This document shows positions 39,696 to 48,778 of a stretch of 64,000 bases of DNA, in pieces. Below the pieces are notes generated by a model that saw only the letters and a program-made list of their open reading frames with translations, had not been told where the DNA came from and made no database searches. Where the stretch lies: positions 396,537 through 460,536 of the forward strand of contig CAYHBZ010000002.1 in assembly GCA_964355175.1 (NCBI GenBank). Reading direction: 5' to 3'. The position numbers were made by a program, and so were the translations under genes. The stretch's first letter is position 1. Every line of letters begins with the position of its first letter. Source of the stretch: an uncultured Gammaproteobacteria bacterium. Lineage in GTDB: Bacteria > Patescibacteriota > Patescibacteriia > Magasanikbacterales > GWA2-37-8.

Positions 39696-40901
39696 ATGCC
39701 ATTTTCTCTAAAACAGCCAATAATTTATGTAGCGCGGGATCTAGAGCGAACTCTGGGATTACCTCTGAGTACCCCTGGCAACTATATTATCTCAAATTTT
39801 ACTTCCTTTGCCAATAGTTTGGCCAGAGGGCATAAAAATGTTTTATTAATCAAAAATAAGGCGCTTTTGGATACCAGGGATCTGCTCACACATCCAAAGG
39901 CCGAGAAGTTTATCGCGGGTTTAAAAAATCCCGGGATTTTGGTTTTTAAAAATACGCCACTATTGGAAAAAATCTGTGTTCAAAAAGGATACCGACTGCT
40001 AAATCCTAGTGCTGAGCTGGCCAATACCGTGGAAGAAAAAGTCACTCAGGTAAAGTGGCTGGGAAATTTGAGAAAATTTTTGCCACCGCATGAAATAAAA
40101 CCATCCAAAGAAATAAAATGGAAAGGTAAGAAATTTATTTTACAATTTAACCATGCCCATACCGGCAACGGCACTTTGCTCATTACCAATGAAAATCAGC
40201 TCAAAGAAGTGCAAAAAAATTTTCCCGACCGACCGGTGCGCGTGACCAAATATATCGATGGTATTATGCTTACCAATAATAATGTGGTGGCCGATAAAAA
40301 AATATTGTGTGGAAACATCAATGTGCAACTCACCGGCATTCTTCCTTTTACTATTCGGCCGTTTGCCACTGTCGGCAATGATTGGGCCTATCCTCACAAA
40401 ATTTTAAATAACGCGCAAAAAAAGAGCTATGAAAAAATAGCCAAAGCCGTGGGGGAGAGATTGTATCAAAATAATTGGCGCGGGCTATTTGGGATTGATG
40501 TTATTTTTGAAAAAAGCACCGGCAAATTATTTTTAATTGAAATCAATGCGCGTCAACCGGCCAGCACCAGCTTTGAATCTATTTTGCAGATGAGAAAAAA
40601 TAAAATAGGGCTGACCACTTTTCAAGCGCATCTTTTGGCTGTGACCGGTATGAAAATCGGCGGCAAACTTACGACCATAAAAAATGGCGCCCAGATCACT
40701 CAAAAAGTTTTGGATAAAAAAATTGATAATAAAAAATTGAATAAGGAAGTGGCACGATTGCAGAAAGCAGGTTTTGGTGTATTTAAGTATGACAATACGG
40801 AAGTTGAATCGGATTTTGTGCGTATGCAATCGAACCAGGGGATTTTGGAAAGTGAAAATGTTTTAAATAGCGTCGGTAAGAAGCTAATATTGAATATATA
40901 A
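39696..40901 (+). CDS. ATP-grasp fold enzyme (peptide/amide ligase-like)
   Basis: 'VRVTKYIDG', 'LFGIDVIFEKSTGKLFLIEINARQ' and other ATP-grasp signature regions. Start at ATG 39696 rather than the TTG at 39660. Confidence 0.6.
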   Translation: MPFSLKQPIIYVARDLERTLGLPLSTPGNYIISNFTSFANSLARGHKNVLLIKNKALLDTRDLLTHPKAEKFIAGLKNPGILVFKNTPLLEKICVQKGYRLLNPSAELANTVEEKVTQVKWLGNLRKFLPPHEIKPSKEIKWKGKKFILQFNHAHTGNGTLLITNENQLKEVQKNFPDRPVRVTKYIDGIMLTNNNVVADKKILCGNINVQLTGILPFTIRPFATVGNDWAYPHKILNNAQKKSYEKIAKAVGERLYQNNWRGLFGIDVIFEKSTGKLFLIEINARQPASTSFESILQMRKNKIGLTTFQAHLLAVTGMKIGGKLTTIKNGAQITQKVLDKKIDNKKLNKEVARLQKAGFGVFKYDNTEVESDFVRMQSNQGILESENVLNSVGKKLILNI

Positions 40902-40920
40902 GAATGATACAGAATTTATT

Positions 40921-41718
40921 ATGTTATCTACAAAAGCTCAAAAAGTTTTAAATGATTATTTCAATCTTCCCTTTGAAGGTTTGTCTGGCGTGCGTTGTCC
41001 TTATTTTAATAATGCCCGCCTCAAACAGCGCGCGCAATTGCGGGTGTTGGTAGGCAAAGGATCCCCGGCCGAGATTGTGGAGGAGGCCAAAATTATTTCC
41101 GTGCAATACCATGCGGGATTATTTGATAAAGCCGGACATTGCTGTCTGCATAATGAGCACACCGGTGAAGAAATTACTGCGGAGCAATTGCGTAAATTTT
41201 TAATCGATAATAATCTGGGGATTGAATGTTCCGGTTTTATCACTCAGATTCTGCGCGCGCACTTTTTGGAAACCCGGGATGTGGATATAGCGCGTAAGTT
41301 TTTTATAGTTTCGCCGCGACATGTTTTCCGCTATTTTATTTCTCTTTTGCGCCCGGTAGAAAATATCGGTGTAAAACATTACAGCGATGATCGCAATACC
41401 AAGAAAATTTCTTGGAACGAGGCTCAAACCGGCGATGTGGTGGTAATGCTCGAAGCCGGTGCCAAAAATAACTTCAATCATATTTTGCTGATTACCGAAA
41501 AAACTGCTGATGTTATCAAATACGTCCATGCCCGCACCTGGGATAGTGAAGGCAGATATGGTCATGGCGTATCTCTAGGAGAAATAAAAATTTCCCAACC
41601 CGTCGGTTCGCTACTGGATCAGCGCTGGGTAGAGCAAGGATTGGAAGGAGAAAAAAATGAAACTTTTGTGGAAGCCAAGCAGGCAAAAATTTTGGAAGTA
41701 AGGAGAATAAGATACTAA
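40921..41718 (+). CDS. Hypothetical protein whose C-terminal half is NlpC/P60-like (papain-fold Cys...His) and whose N-terminus is Cys/His-rich
   Basis: 'ECSGF' followed by 'GDVVVMLEAG' and 'NHILLITE', the order seen in NlpC/P60 amidases. N-terminal 'RCPYF...HCCLHNEH' may bind metal. Confidence 0.35.
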   Translation: MLSTKAQKVLNDYFNLPFEGLSGVRCPYFNNARLKQRAQLRVLVGKGSPAEIVEEAKIISVQYHAGLFDKAGHCCLHNEHTGEEITAEQLRKFLIDNNLGIECSGFITQILRAHFLETRDVDIARKFFIVSPRHVFRYFISLLRPVENIGVKHYSDDRNTKKISWNEAQTGDVVVMLEAGAKNNFNHILLITEKTADVIKYVHARTWDSEGRYGHGVSLGEIKISQPVGSLLDQRWVEQGLEGEKNETFVEAKQAKILEVRRIRY

Positions 41719-41719
41719 T

Positions 41720-42946
41720 ATGGATAAGAGAAGATTTGTAGATATTAATGCCATCGGCATTGATCCCAACAAAGATGTAAGTAAAAAATTTGTAAATGTC
41801 GGTCCTTTAGAAATATTTTTTGGTAAAAAAGAACAAAAAATTACTCAAGCCGATGTTGCGGCCTATGCTCGAGAAATTTTGTCTGTTTGTAAAAGATTTG
41901 TCGATAGTAATCAGTCCGATTTAGGTATTTCTTTTTTGATTCATTCTCTATCTACCGATAAATTATTTGCCGATCTTGGATTTACCGCCACCTCACTGTT
42001 TTATTATCCCCGAAAGGAAGATTTTGAAGAGAATGCCGATGTCGCTTTAAACAGATTGCGCGCCGGGCTAATGGAAGAAATTAAAAAACAGCTTAATTCT
42101 AGTGAAGAATTTGCCAATTTGAATCAAGATGATATTTTCATGAAAAATTTTAGTGCCAGTGATTTTGGTGTAGAAAATGAGGTTGGAGAAATTACCAATA
42201 TTCCAGGGAAGCAATTTTATTTTAAAAGATTGAAGTTAAAAAATTTGGATAGAGAAGATTTGGAAAAACTTAATAGAAGCCGTTTAGAATTTTTGACCAA
42301 GGCTCAGGAAGATAAGAAAAAAGGTACATTGCCTCCATCTATTTTGCTTCCTCAGTCTGCCAGTCCCGAGTCCACTGAATTACTTAGTGTGAAGCGTGAA
42401 ATGTTTGTCTTGAATGATTTAATTCAAGTAATAAAAAGTAATAAAGGAATTGACCACAAAAAAGTGTTAGAGGATTTATCAGTGGCTGTCCAAATGATTT
42501 TGGATGCCGCGCGCGGCTGTCTTTATATTCAGGAGCAGGGTTTTGTTTTGATGGATATCGATCGATATAATATTGGTTATGATATGCAAGACAAACACGG
42601 GATTATGTTTGATTGGGATTGTATGGCCAAAATTGGCGATGAAATCGGGGATGATAGATTGCATAAAGCGCCTTTGTATAGGGATGATAAATTTAAGTAT
42701 GGTAAATATGCCCATGCTCAGGAAATGGTTTTTCAATTAGGTGTGGCCCTCAAAGAAGTCGCCAACCTGGGTAAAAATTATTTATCGGATAAAGTTTTTG
42801 GAGAGCTTTACGCTCTATCTTTAATGATGGTAAAATTTGATGGGAGAGAGGGGCAAACAGATGTCACACCTTTATCCTCCAAGATCGGTCAGCCCGATTT
42901 GAAGCGGGTAATAGAGGTGCTAGAGGAAAATCATAAGGAAATATAA
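41720..42946 (+). CDS. Hypothetical protein with a divergent protein-kinase-like C-terminal domain
   Basis: 'VLMDIDRYNIGYD...IMFDWDCM' resembles the HxDxxxxN catalytic loop plus a DFG-like motif. Confidence 0.3.
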   Translation: MDKRRFVDINAIGIDPNKDVSKKFVNVGPLEIFFGKKEQKITQADVAAYAREILSVCKRFVDSNQSDLGISFLIHSLSTDKLFADLGFTATSLFYYPRKEDFEENADVALNRLRAGLMEEIKKQLNSSEEFANLNQDDIFMKNFSASDFGVENEVGEITNIPGKQFYFKRLKLKNLDREDLEKLNRSRLEFLTKAQEDKKKGTLPPSILLPQSASPESTELLSVKREMFVLNDLIQVIKSNKGIDHKKVLEDLSVAVQMILDAARGCLYIQEQGFVLMDIDRYNIGYDMQDKHGIMFDWDCMAKIGDEIGDDRLHKAPLYRDDKFKYGKYAHAQEMVFQLGVALKEVANLGKNYLSDKVFGELYALSLMMVKFDGREGQTDVTPLSSKIGQPDLKRVIEVLEENHKEI

Positions 42947-42950
42947 TTTT

Positions 42951-43454
42951 ATGTCATTTTATTTTACTCTATTGGCCTGTGTAGTGTTGTTAGGGTTTAT
43001 TTTTTCACCATTGTTTTTGGGTGTGCCATTTTTGCCGACCCATCGTCGTCAAGCTCGCAAGATGATGGAGTTGGCAGAAATAAAGCCCGGTATGAAAGTG
43101 ATCGATTTGGGATCAGGGGCTGGCCGGCTGTTGTTTATGGCAGCGAATCAAGGGGCGACGGCTATTGGCTATGAACTCAATCCATTTTTGGTTATTTGGA
43201 CAAAACTAATGATTTTATTAAAAGGCAAAAGGGGACAAATAAAAGTTTTTTATAAATCAATTTATGACGCGGATATCGCTGATGCCGATGCTATCATGAT
43301 GTTTTTGTATCCACCTCACATGAAAAAATTGGAAAGTAAGATATTTAACGAGGCCAAGCCGGAAGTGAAGATACTATCATATGTTTTTCAATTCCACAAT
43401 TATACACCGATAGCCAATGAGCAGGGGATTTTTATTTATAAAAAAACACTATAA
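42951..43454 (+). CDS. Class I SAM-dependent methyltransferase with an N-terminal membrane anchor
   Basis: 'VIDLGSGAGRL' motif I. Confidence 0.6.
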   Translation: MSFYFTLLACVVLLGFIFSPLFLGVPFLPTHRRQARKMMELAEIKPGMKVIDLGSGAGRLLFMAANQGATAIGYELNPFLVIWTKLMILLKGKRGQIKVFYKSIYDADIADADAIMMFLYPPHMKKLESKIFNEAKPEVKILSYVFQFHNYTPIANEQGIFIYKKTL

Positions 43455-43541
43455 ATATTGACCAAACCGTTTTTTTGTTGTAGTATTTGGAAATATTTGG
43501 CCCGTGAGACACTTCGTGTCCGGTCGGGCCGGCATTCACTT

Positions 43542-43616
43542 GGCCCGTTCGTCTATCGGCTAGGACATGGCCTTCTCAAGGCTAGAAGAGGGGTTCGACT
43601 CCCCTACGGGCTACCA
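43542..43616 (+). tRNA. tRNA-Glu(CTC)
   Basis: Hand-folded cloverleaf with acceptor GGCCCGT/ACGGGCT, anticodon loop TTCTCAA, T-arm AGGGG-TTCGACT-CCCCT and an encoded CCA. A promoter-like TTGACC-17-TAGTAT lies upstream. Confidence 0.65.
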
Positions 43617-43665
43617 CAAAAACACTCTCCTTAAATAGGAGAGTGTTTTTGTTTTGAATTTTTTA
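43617..43665 (+). terminator. Rho-independent terminator after the tRNA
   Basis: aaaaacactctcc-ttaaata-ggagagtgttttt, a perfect 13 bp stem. Confidence 0.65.
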
Positions 43666-43737
43666 ACCAATGTGGTGTGGCACTGAAGACGGCCCGTGGA
43701 TTTTTTTTGGCTGGTTGTAAAAAAGTACAATGTATAT

Positions 43738-43977
43738 TTAGTTTCCGTTTGTCTGTTGTGTCGCCGGTGCTGGAGATGGTTGCGGAGTCGGCAATTGAAC
43801 GTTAATATTGGTAGTAGGTTTTTGCGTTGGTTTTTGGTAATTTCGTATCATAGGCAAACCGTAGGCGAAAAACACAAAAAAGAGAGAGGCTAAAATCAGA
43901 ATAGTAACCACAACGGCAGCCACTCCGGAAGAAGAATTATCGTTGCCTCCAGCTGGGGTATTTACTATAGTTGTCAT
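43738..43977 (-). CDS. Small membrane protein with a Pro/Thr-rich tail
   Basis: One TM helix. Co-oriented with the ArsR gene. Confidence 0.3.
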   Translation of the reverse strand: MTTIVNTPAGGNDNSSSGVAAVVVTILILASLFFVFFAYGLPMIRNYQKPTQKPTTNINVQLPTPQPSPAPATQQTNGN

Positions 43978-43997
43978 ATATTTTTAGTTAGAATAAA

Positions 43998-44336
43998 TTA
44001 AATTTGTTTTGCTATTTTTTCAGATTGCTGAATCGTTTTAATAACCAGCTTAACGATCGGGCTGCTGTGTTCAAGTTTGGCAAAAACTTTTTCCCCTTTC
44101 CTTTCCTTTTGGATAAGGTTGGTATTAGTTAAGATTCTCAAATGTTGCGACGCTAAAGATAAGGAAATGTCCAAAATTTGCGCGATATTAGTAATGGAAA
44201 GCTGTGGCTGTTTGAGGAGAATCCGAAACATTCGATATCGATTAACGTCGCTTAGAACTTTAAAGACCAGTGTCATTCTTTTGTCAGTTTCGCTAAATAT
44301 TTTACGATTTTTTAGAATTTCTTTTTTTTCAAGCAT
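43998..44336 (-). CDS. ArsR/SmtB-family transcriptional regulator
   Basis: wHTH 'ITNIAQILDISLSLASQHLRIL'. Confidence 0.7.
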   Translation of the reverse strand: MLEKKEILKNRKIFSETDKRMTLVFKVLSDVNRYRMFRILLKQPQLSITNIAQILDISLSLASQHLRILTNTNLIQKERKGEKVFAKLEHSSPIVKLVIKTIQQSEKIAKQI

Positions 44337-44493
44337 AGATGTTTAAATTTAATACTTGTTTAATATTTAAAGTGGACGCCTGATTGGATAACCTGTCAAG
44401 GATTCACATCGGTATGGTTGCTTTATTAGTGGAGTTTTTTTAATCTCAGAAAGCTTCACGTCTTTCCGTTGACTTTTCAAAATACTGTTATCA

Positions 44494-44522
44494 TTGACAG
44501 GTTTCCGTTTTAGATATATAAT
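44494..44522 (+). promoter_or_regulatory. Consensus sigma70 promoter TTGACA-17-TATAAT
   Basis: About 160 nt upstream of the DUF3494 gene. Lies in the divergent region, which also holds the 13 bp inverted repeat aatacttgtttaa / ttaaacaagtatt (candidate ArsR operator). Confidence 0.5.
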
Positions 44523-44682
44523 TGAATAGTTAAACAAGTATTTAATTATAATTATCTATGCTCGATGATAAAGAATTGCGAAAAGCACGCCGGATACTGA
44601 GCAAAACTAATAAAAACATGGCGGTGGCATTAAAGATAGCATAAGAGAGTGGATTTAGTAGCTAATTAATTGAAATTATTAT

Positions 44683-45738
44683 ATGAAAAAAAGTAAAAAA
44701 ACAGCAGTGTTCTTTCTAGTAGCCCTTTCGTTCGCGCTTGGGCTTGTCGGTCCACTGGCCGCATTGGCTGGTCCAACCAAGATTGAACTTTTGTCGGCCG
44801 ATAATTTTGCCATCCTTGCCGGTTCCACCATTACCAACATTGGATCGAGCATCGTTGGCGGAGATCTTGGCTTGAGCCCGGGTACCGCGGTCACCGGGTT
44901 TCCACCGGGAATTGTGAACGGAACCCAGCATGTGGCTAATGCCGTTGCCGCTCAGGCGCAGTTAGATGTCACTACCGCTTATACGACAGCGCTTGGATTT
45001 GCGTCTATTTCCACTATACCAACCGAACTTGGCGGAACGACTAAAACCCCTGGTGTTTATGATTCCGCGGCTGGGACTTTTGGAATCACTGGTACACTAA
45101 CGCTCGACGGTGAGGGTGATGCGAACGCGGTGTTTATTTTTAAAACCGCTACCACTTTTATCATGGCCGCAGGGAGTAAGGTGGTTCTTGTGAACGGCGC
45201 GCAAGCGTGTAACATCGTTTGGCAAGTAGGTAGTTCAGCGACGCTTGGAACAAATTCTACGTTACAAGGCAGTATTCTAGCGTTTACTTCCGCCACGCTT
45301 AATACTGGCGCACATGTCCAAGGGCGAGTATTAGCTCGCAATGGCGCCGTTACTTTAGATTCTAGTACTGTTACCAAAGCTACTTGTGCTGTGCCTGTTG
45401 TGGAACCAATTGTGGTATCAGCGCCTCAGCCCACATCGACTCCTAATTTTTCGACATCCACTCCTACATCCGTGATAATACCATCGTTTTCAACTTCAAC
45501 ATCAATGCCAGCGCCCAGCACAACACCATTGGTATTCTCAGCCACTGTGACAGCTTCGCCTACACTGAATGTTGCTCCGCTTGTGTCTACATTTATTCCT
45601 GATTTTCCCAATACCGGTCTTTCTCCACAAGAGACAAGTATGTGGTGGGGTAGTCGATTGTTTGTCGCTAGCGCGCTTTTGATTTTGACTTTATTGTTGG
45701 TAATCTTAAAAAAACGTTCATCATCTTTGGGTGTTTAA
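44683..45738 (+). CDS. Secreted DUF3494 (ice-binding-like) domain protein with a C-terminal sortase sorting signal (FPNTG, hydrophobic helix, KKRSS)
   Basis: Signal peptide followed by 'FAILAGSTITNIGSSIVGGDLGLSPG', typical of DUF3494. C-terminal 'FPNTG' plus TM helix and basic tail. Confidence 0.65.
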   Translation: MKKSKKTAVFFLVALSFALGLVGPLAALAGPTKIELLSADNFAILAGSTITNIGSSIVGGDLGLSPGTAVTGFPPGIVNGTQHVANAVAAQAQLDVTTAYTTALGFASISTIPTELGGTTKTPGVYDSAAGTFGITGTLTLDGEGDANAVFIFKTATTFIMAAGSKVVLVNGAQACNIVWQVGSSATLGTNSTLQGSILAFTSATLNTGAHVQGRVLARNGAVTLDSSTVTKATCAVPVVEPIVVSAPQPTSTPNFSTSTPTSVIIPSFSTSTSMPAPSTTPLVFSATVTASPTLNVAPLVSTFIPDFPNTGLSPQETSMWWGSRLFVASALLILTLLLVILKKRSSSLGV

Positions 45739-46342
45739 TATGTCTAGTCGTGTAAAGATGAGTCTCGTTGCCTTAGTTGTTTTTTTCTTCATTCTCGGCC
45801 TGTCTGTCTCTGAACTCTATACGAAGGTACCTTTGTCCGCAAATACGCTTGCAACCTCGACGCAGTTGATAGTCCCATCAGAGCAAACGCTTCTAGGCTT
45901 GCCGATACATCTCACGATCCCACGGATCCATGTCGATGCCTCCCTTGAATATGTTGGCCTCACAGCGACCGGGGCAGTGGATGTGCCAACAGTGCCAGCG
46001 AATCCAGCCTGGTACTCGCTGGGGCCGCGTCCGGGGCAAACTGGCAGTGCGGTGATTGTCGGGCATTTCGGCTGGAAAAAAGGGATGCCAGCGGTTTTTG
46101 ATGATTTGTCTACTCTGCGTAAGGGCGATAAGTTGTATGTCAAAAATGAACACGGAGCGACTACTACTTTTATAGTACGCGAGTTGCGAAGCTATAGCGC
46201 GCATGACAGTGCTGTGGAGGTATTTAGCTCTAGTGATGGGAAAGCGCATCTGAATTTGATCACCTGTGAAGGAACTTGGAATAAAATTGAGGAGAGTTAT
46301 TCAAAGCGACTGGTGGTATTTGCTGATTTAGAAGATAGATAA
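45731..46342 (+). CDS. Sortase (transpeptidase)
   Basis: N-terminal TM helix, catalytic His region and 'LNLITCEG' (TLxTC motif). Confidence 0.75.
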   Translation: MFNMSSRVKMSLVALVVFFFILGLSVSELYTKVPLSANTLATSTQLIVPSEQTLLGLPIHLTIPRIHVDASLEYVGLTATGAVDVPTVPANPAWYSLGPRPGQTGSAVIVGHFGWKKGMPAVFDDLSTLRKGDKLYVKNEHGATTTFIVRELRSYSAHDSAVEVFSSSDGKAHLNLITCEGTWNKIEESYSKRLVVFADLEDR

Positions 46343-46696
46343 AATTTGATGGTTATTTTTAATAAAAGGTGTATAATAAAATATAGAGCTAGTGTTAATG
46401 GTTAAAGGTCGGAAATTTAATTTATTAACTTATAATTGTATGATACAATTTTTTGATCCACCAGCAGAGGAATTGGAAAAAGAAGCTCGTGAACATACCA
46501 AAGAAACAGTAAAAGAAGCAGTAGAAGAAGGGGCTAAAGAAGGTAAAGAAGAAGGAGAAAGAGAAGCAAAAGATGATATCCATAATGAAGAATAATGGAG
46601 AAAAATCTAAATAAAAAATCAGTCATATTGTGGCTGATTTTTTATTTTCTTAATTATAAGTATTGACAAAAATCCTAGCATTTTTTGACTAGGCAC

Positions 46697-46725
46697 TTGA
46701 CCAATTTTCAAAAACCCCTTATAAT
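46697..46725 (+). promoter_or_regulatory. sigma70 promoter TTGACC-17-TATAAT for hup
   Basis: Hexamers and spacer counted directly. Confidence 0.5.
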
Positions 46726-46765
46726 TGTTATAGTAAATTTAATTATTAATTAATTTTATCCATAT

Positions 46766-47047
46766 ATGGCTAAAATGACAAAGTCAGCGATCATCGCTTC
46801 TCTTGCCGAATCCACTGGTTTGAGCAAGAAACAGGTAGACGGTTTACTCGGTGAAATGGCCACTTTGGCTTACAAGGAAGTCAAAAAGAGTGGTGAATTC
46901 GTAGTTCCAGGTTTGGGCAAATTGGTGAAAATCAAGAGAGCTGCTCGTCAGGGACGCAACCCAGCTACTGGTGAAACTATCCAGATTGCCGCCAAGACTG
47001 TGGTGAAATTCCGCGTTGCTAAGGCTGCCAAAGAAGCTGTATTGTAA
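46766..47047 (+). CDS. hup: DNA-binding protein HU
   Basis: 'GFGKF..R.ARNPKTGE'-type sequence 'RAARQGRNPATGETIQI'. Terminator at 47063-47094. Confidence 0.85.
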   Translation: MAKMTKSAIIASLAESTGLSKKQVDGLLGEMATLAYKEVKKSGEFVVPGLGKLVKIKRAARQGRNPATGETIQIAAKTVVKFRVAKAAKEAVL

Positions 47048-47062
47048 TTTTTACAACAATCA

Positions 47063-47094
47063 AAGAATCCCGACTAGTCGGGATTCTTTTTTTA
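47063..47094 (+). terminator. Rho-independent terminator
   Basis: aagaatcccgactagtcgggattcttttttt. Confidence 0.6.
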
Positions 47095-47104
47095 TGGTAA
47101 AATC

Positions 47105-47485
47105 TTGTCACCGTTAATTTATAAAAATCATTTTATGCAAGACCTACAGCAGATCTTCAATCACATTCAGGAAATCAAAAAAAAACAGAAAGATATTAAA
47201 GCCGCTTATCGTGATGCTTTGGCCGCCAGCAGTGAATATAAAAATTTAACCGACAAATCCAAAGAATTACGCGGGCGCAAAAAAGAAATTGAAATGTCGG
47301 TAAAGTCGGATTTTTCTAGTGAGTTTCAAAAATTGGATGATTACAAAGTAGATTTGGAATCAGATATGACCATGCTCTCGGATGCCGCTATGACCAAACT
47401 AATGAAAGGTGAGACGGTGCAGGTCACCGATGAGTATAATACTAATTACGAACCGGTATTCAGCGTGAAATTTAAAAAAGCATAA
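47105..47485 (+). CDS. Hypothetical protein
   Basis: ORF only, charged and helical. Confidence 0.3.
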   Translation: MSPLIYKNHFMQDLQQIFNHIQEIKKKQKDIKAAYRDALAASSEYKNLTDKSKELRGRKKEIEMSVKSDFSSEFQKLDDYKVDLESDMTMLSDAAMTKLMKGETVQVTDEYNTNYEPVFSVKFKKA

Positions 47486-47514
47486 TTGTCTTGGCAAAAT
47501 CGTAGTTAATATTT

Positions 47515-48708
47515 ATGAATAAACAAAAGTGGACCATTGCCTTTACGGTACTGATGGATGTGATTGGGCTTGGTATCGTATTGCCGTCGTTGCCTTTTTA
47601 TATTGCCAGATTTGGCGGCTCGGCCGTGGAAATTACTTATCTATTTGCCGCTTACGCGGTTTGTTCGTTTTTAAGTACGCCGATGTTGGGCGCACTTTCT
47701 GATCGTATTGGTCGTCGTCCGGTGTTGATGGCTAGCATTGGTAGTACGGCCATAGGTTGGCTGGTATTTGCTTCGGCCAAAGCTTTGCCGATTTTATTTT
47801 TGGGTCGCATTATTGATGGTTTGGCCGCCGGTAATTTTTCTACTGCCCAAAGTTATTTGGTGGATATATCCAAGGATGAAGTGGATAGAACCCATAATTT
47901 GGGAATGATTGGTGCTTTGTTTGGAATTGGATTTATTATTGGCCCAATACTTGGCGGTGTGCTGGGCGCTATTTCGCCATCGCTGCCTTTTTGGGTAGCG
48001 GGTGCTTTGGCTGGTTTGAATTTTATTGCCGCTTATTTCTTTTTGCCTGAAACCAATCACAATCGCAATACGGACAAGATGTCTATTAATCCTTTTCGTC
48101 CGATAGTGCGCGCTTGGGCTAATAAGCAGTTACTTCCTTATTTTATAGTTTGGTTTTTATTTGGCGTGGCCGTGTCGGGTGTTTTTTCAATAAACTCTAT
48201 TTATTTCGCGGATAGATTTGGTTTTAACGCCTTTACTATCGGTGTCATCATGGCGATACAGGGAGTAATTATGGCCGTAAACCAAGTGGTCTGGCTCAAG
48301 CGTTTCTGGCTGTATCGTTTCAAAGAGCCGCAGTTGGTATTGATGATGTTCTTGGCGTTTGCGGTTGGTTATGTTTTGATGGGAATGTATTATGCTATTT
48401 TCTTTTTTACCGGAATTTTATTTTCTGTTTTCGCGCAGTCCATTTTGCGGGCGGTGTTTACTAGCGAAGTAATTGGTTTGGCGGAGCCAAAAGTAAAAGG
48501 CGAAGTGATGGGTATTCTGGGTTCGGTGACATCTTTGGGAATGGTGGTGGGGCCACTGATTGCTGGTGTGGTTTATAGCTACCGAGATAATCTTTCTTTT
48601 ATAGCCAGCGCGGTCTATATGTTTATTGCTTTTGTAATAATTTATCGCCATCGTCAGAAATTGACCAATGTGGTGCCTGACGAAAATGCCGAAGTGAATG
48701 TAGTTTAA
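47515..48708 (+). CDS. MFS transporter
   Basis: 12 TM helices and 'GRIIDGLAAG' motif A-like loop. Confidence 0.75.
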   Translation: MNKQKWTIAFTVLMDVIGLGIVLPSLPFYIARFGGSAVEITYLFAAYAVCSFLSTPMLGALSDRIGRRPVLMASIGSTAIGWLVFASAKALPILFLGRIIDGLAAGNFSTAQSYLVDISKDEVDRTHNLGMIGALFGIGFIIGPILGGVLGAISPSLPFWVAGALAGLNFIAAYFFLPETNHNRNTDKMSINPFRPIVRAWANKQLLPYFIVWFLFGVAVSGVFSINSIYFADRFGFNAFTIGVIMAIQGVIMAVNQVVWLKRFWLYRFKEPQLVLMMFLAFAVGYVLMGMYYAIFFFTGILFSVFAQSILRAVFTSEVIGLAEPKVKGEVMGILGSVTSLGMVVGPLIAGVVYSYRDNLSFIASAVYMFIAFVIIYRHRQKLTNVVPDENAEVNVV

Positions 48709-48778
48709 ATTTAAACCTGCCATTTTGGCAGGTTTTTTAATAGTTGATCTTTGATTTTTTTAGGTATATTATAGAGCC

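Noticed and set aside
43505-43541. tRNA-like fragment (ggcccgtgagacac...cgggcc) just upstream of tRNA-Glu
   Set aside because: It folds as a simple hairpin in the tRNA leader, does not form a cloverleaf, and is probably precursor leader structure.
46392-46595. 67 aa acidic ORF (EEGAKEGKEEGEREAKDD...) upstream of hup
   Set aside because: Low-complexity product. It overlaps the hup promoter region and is probably not a gene.
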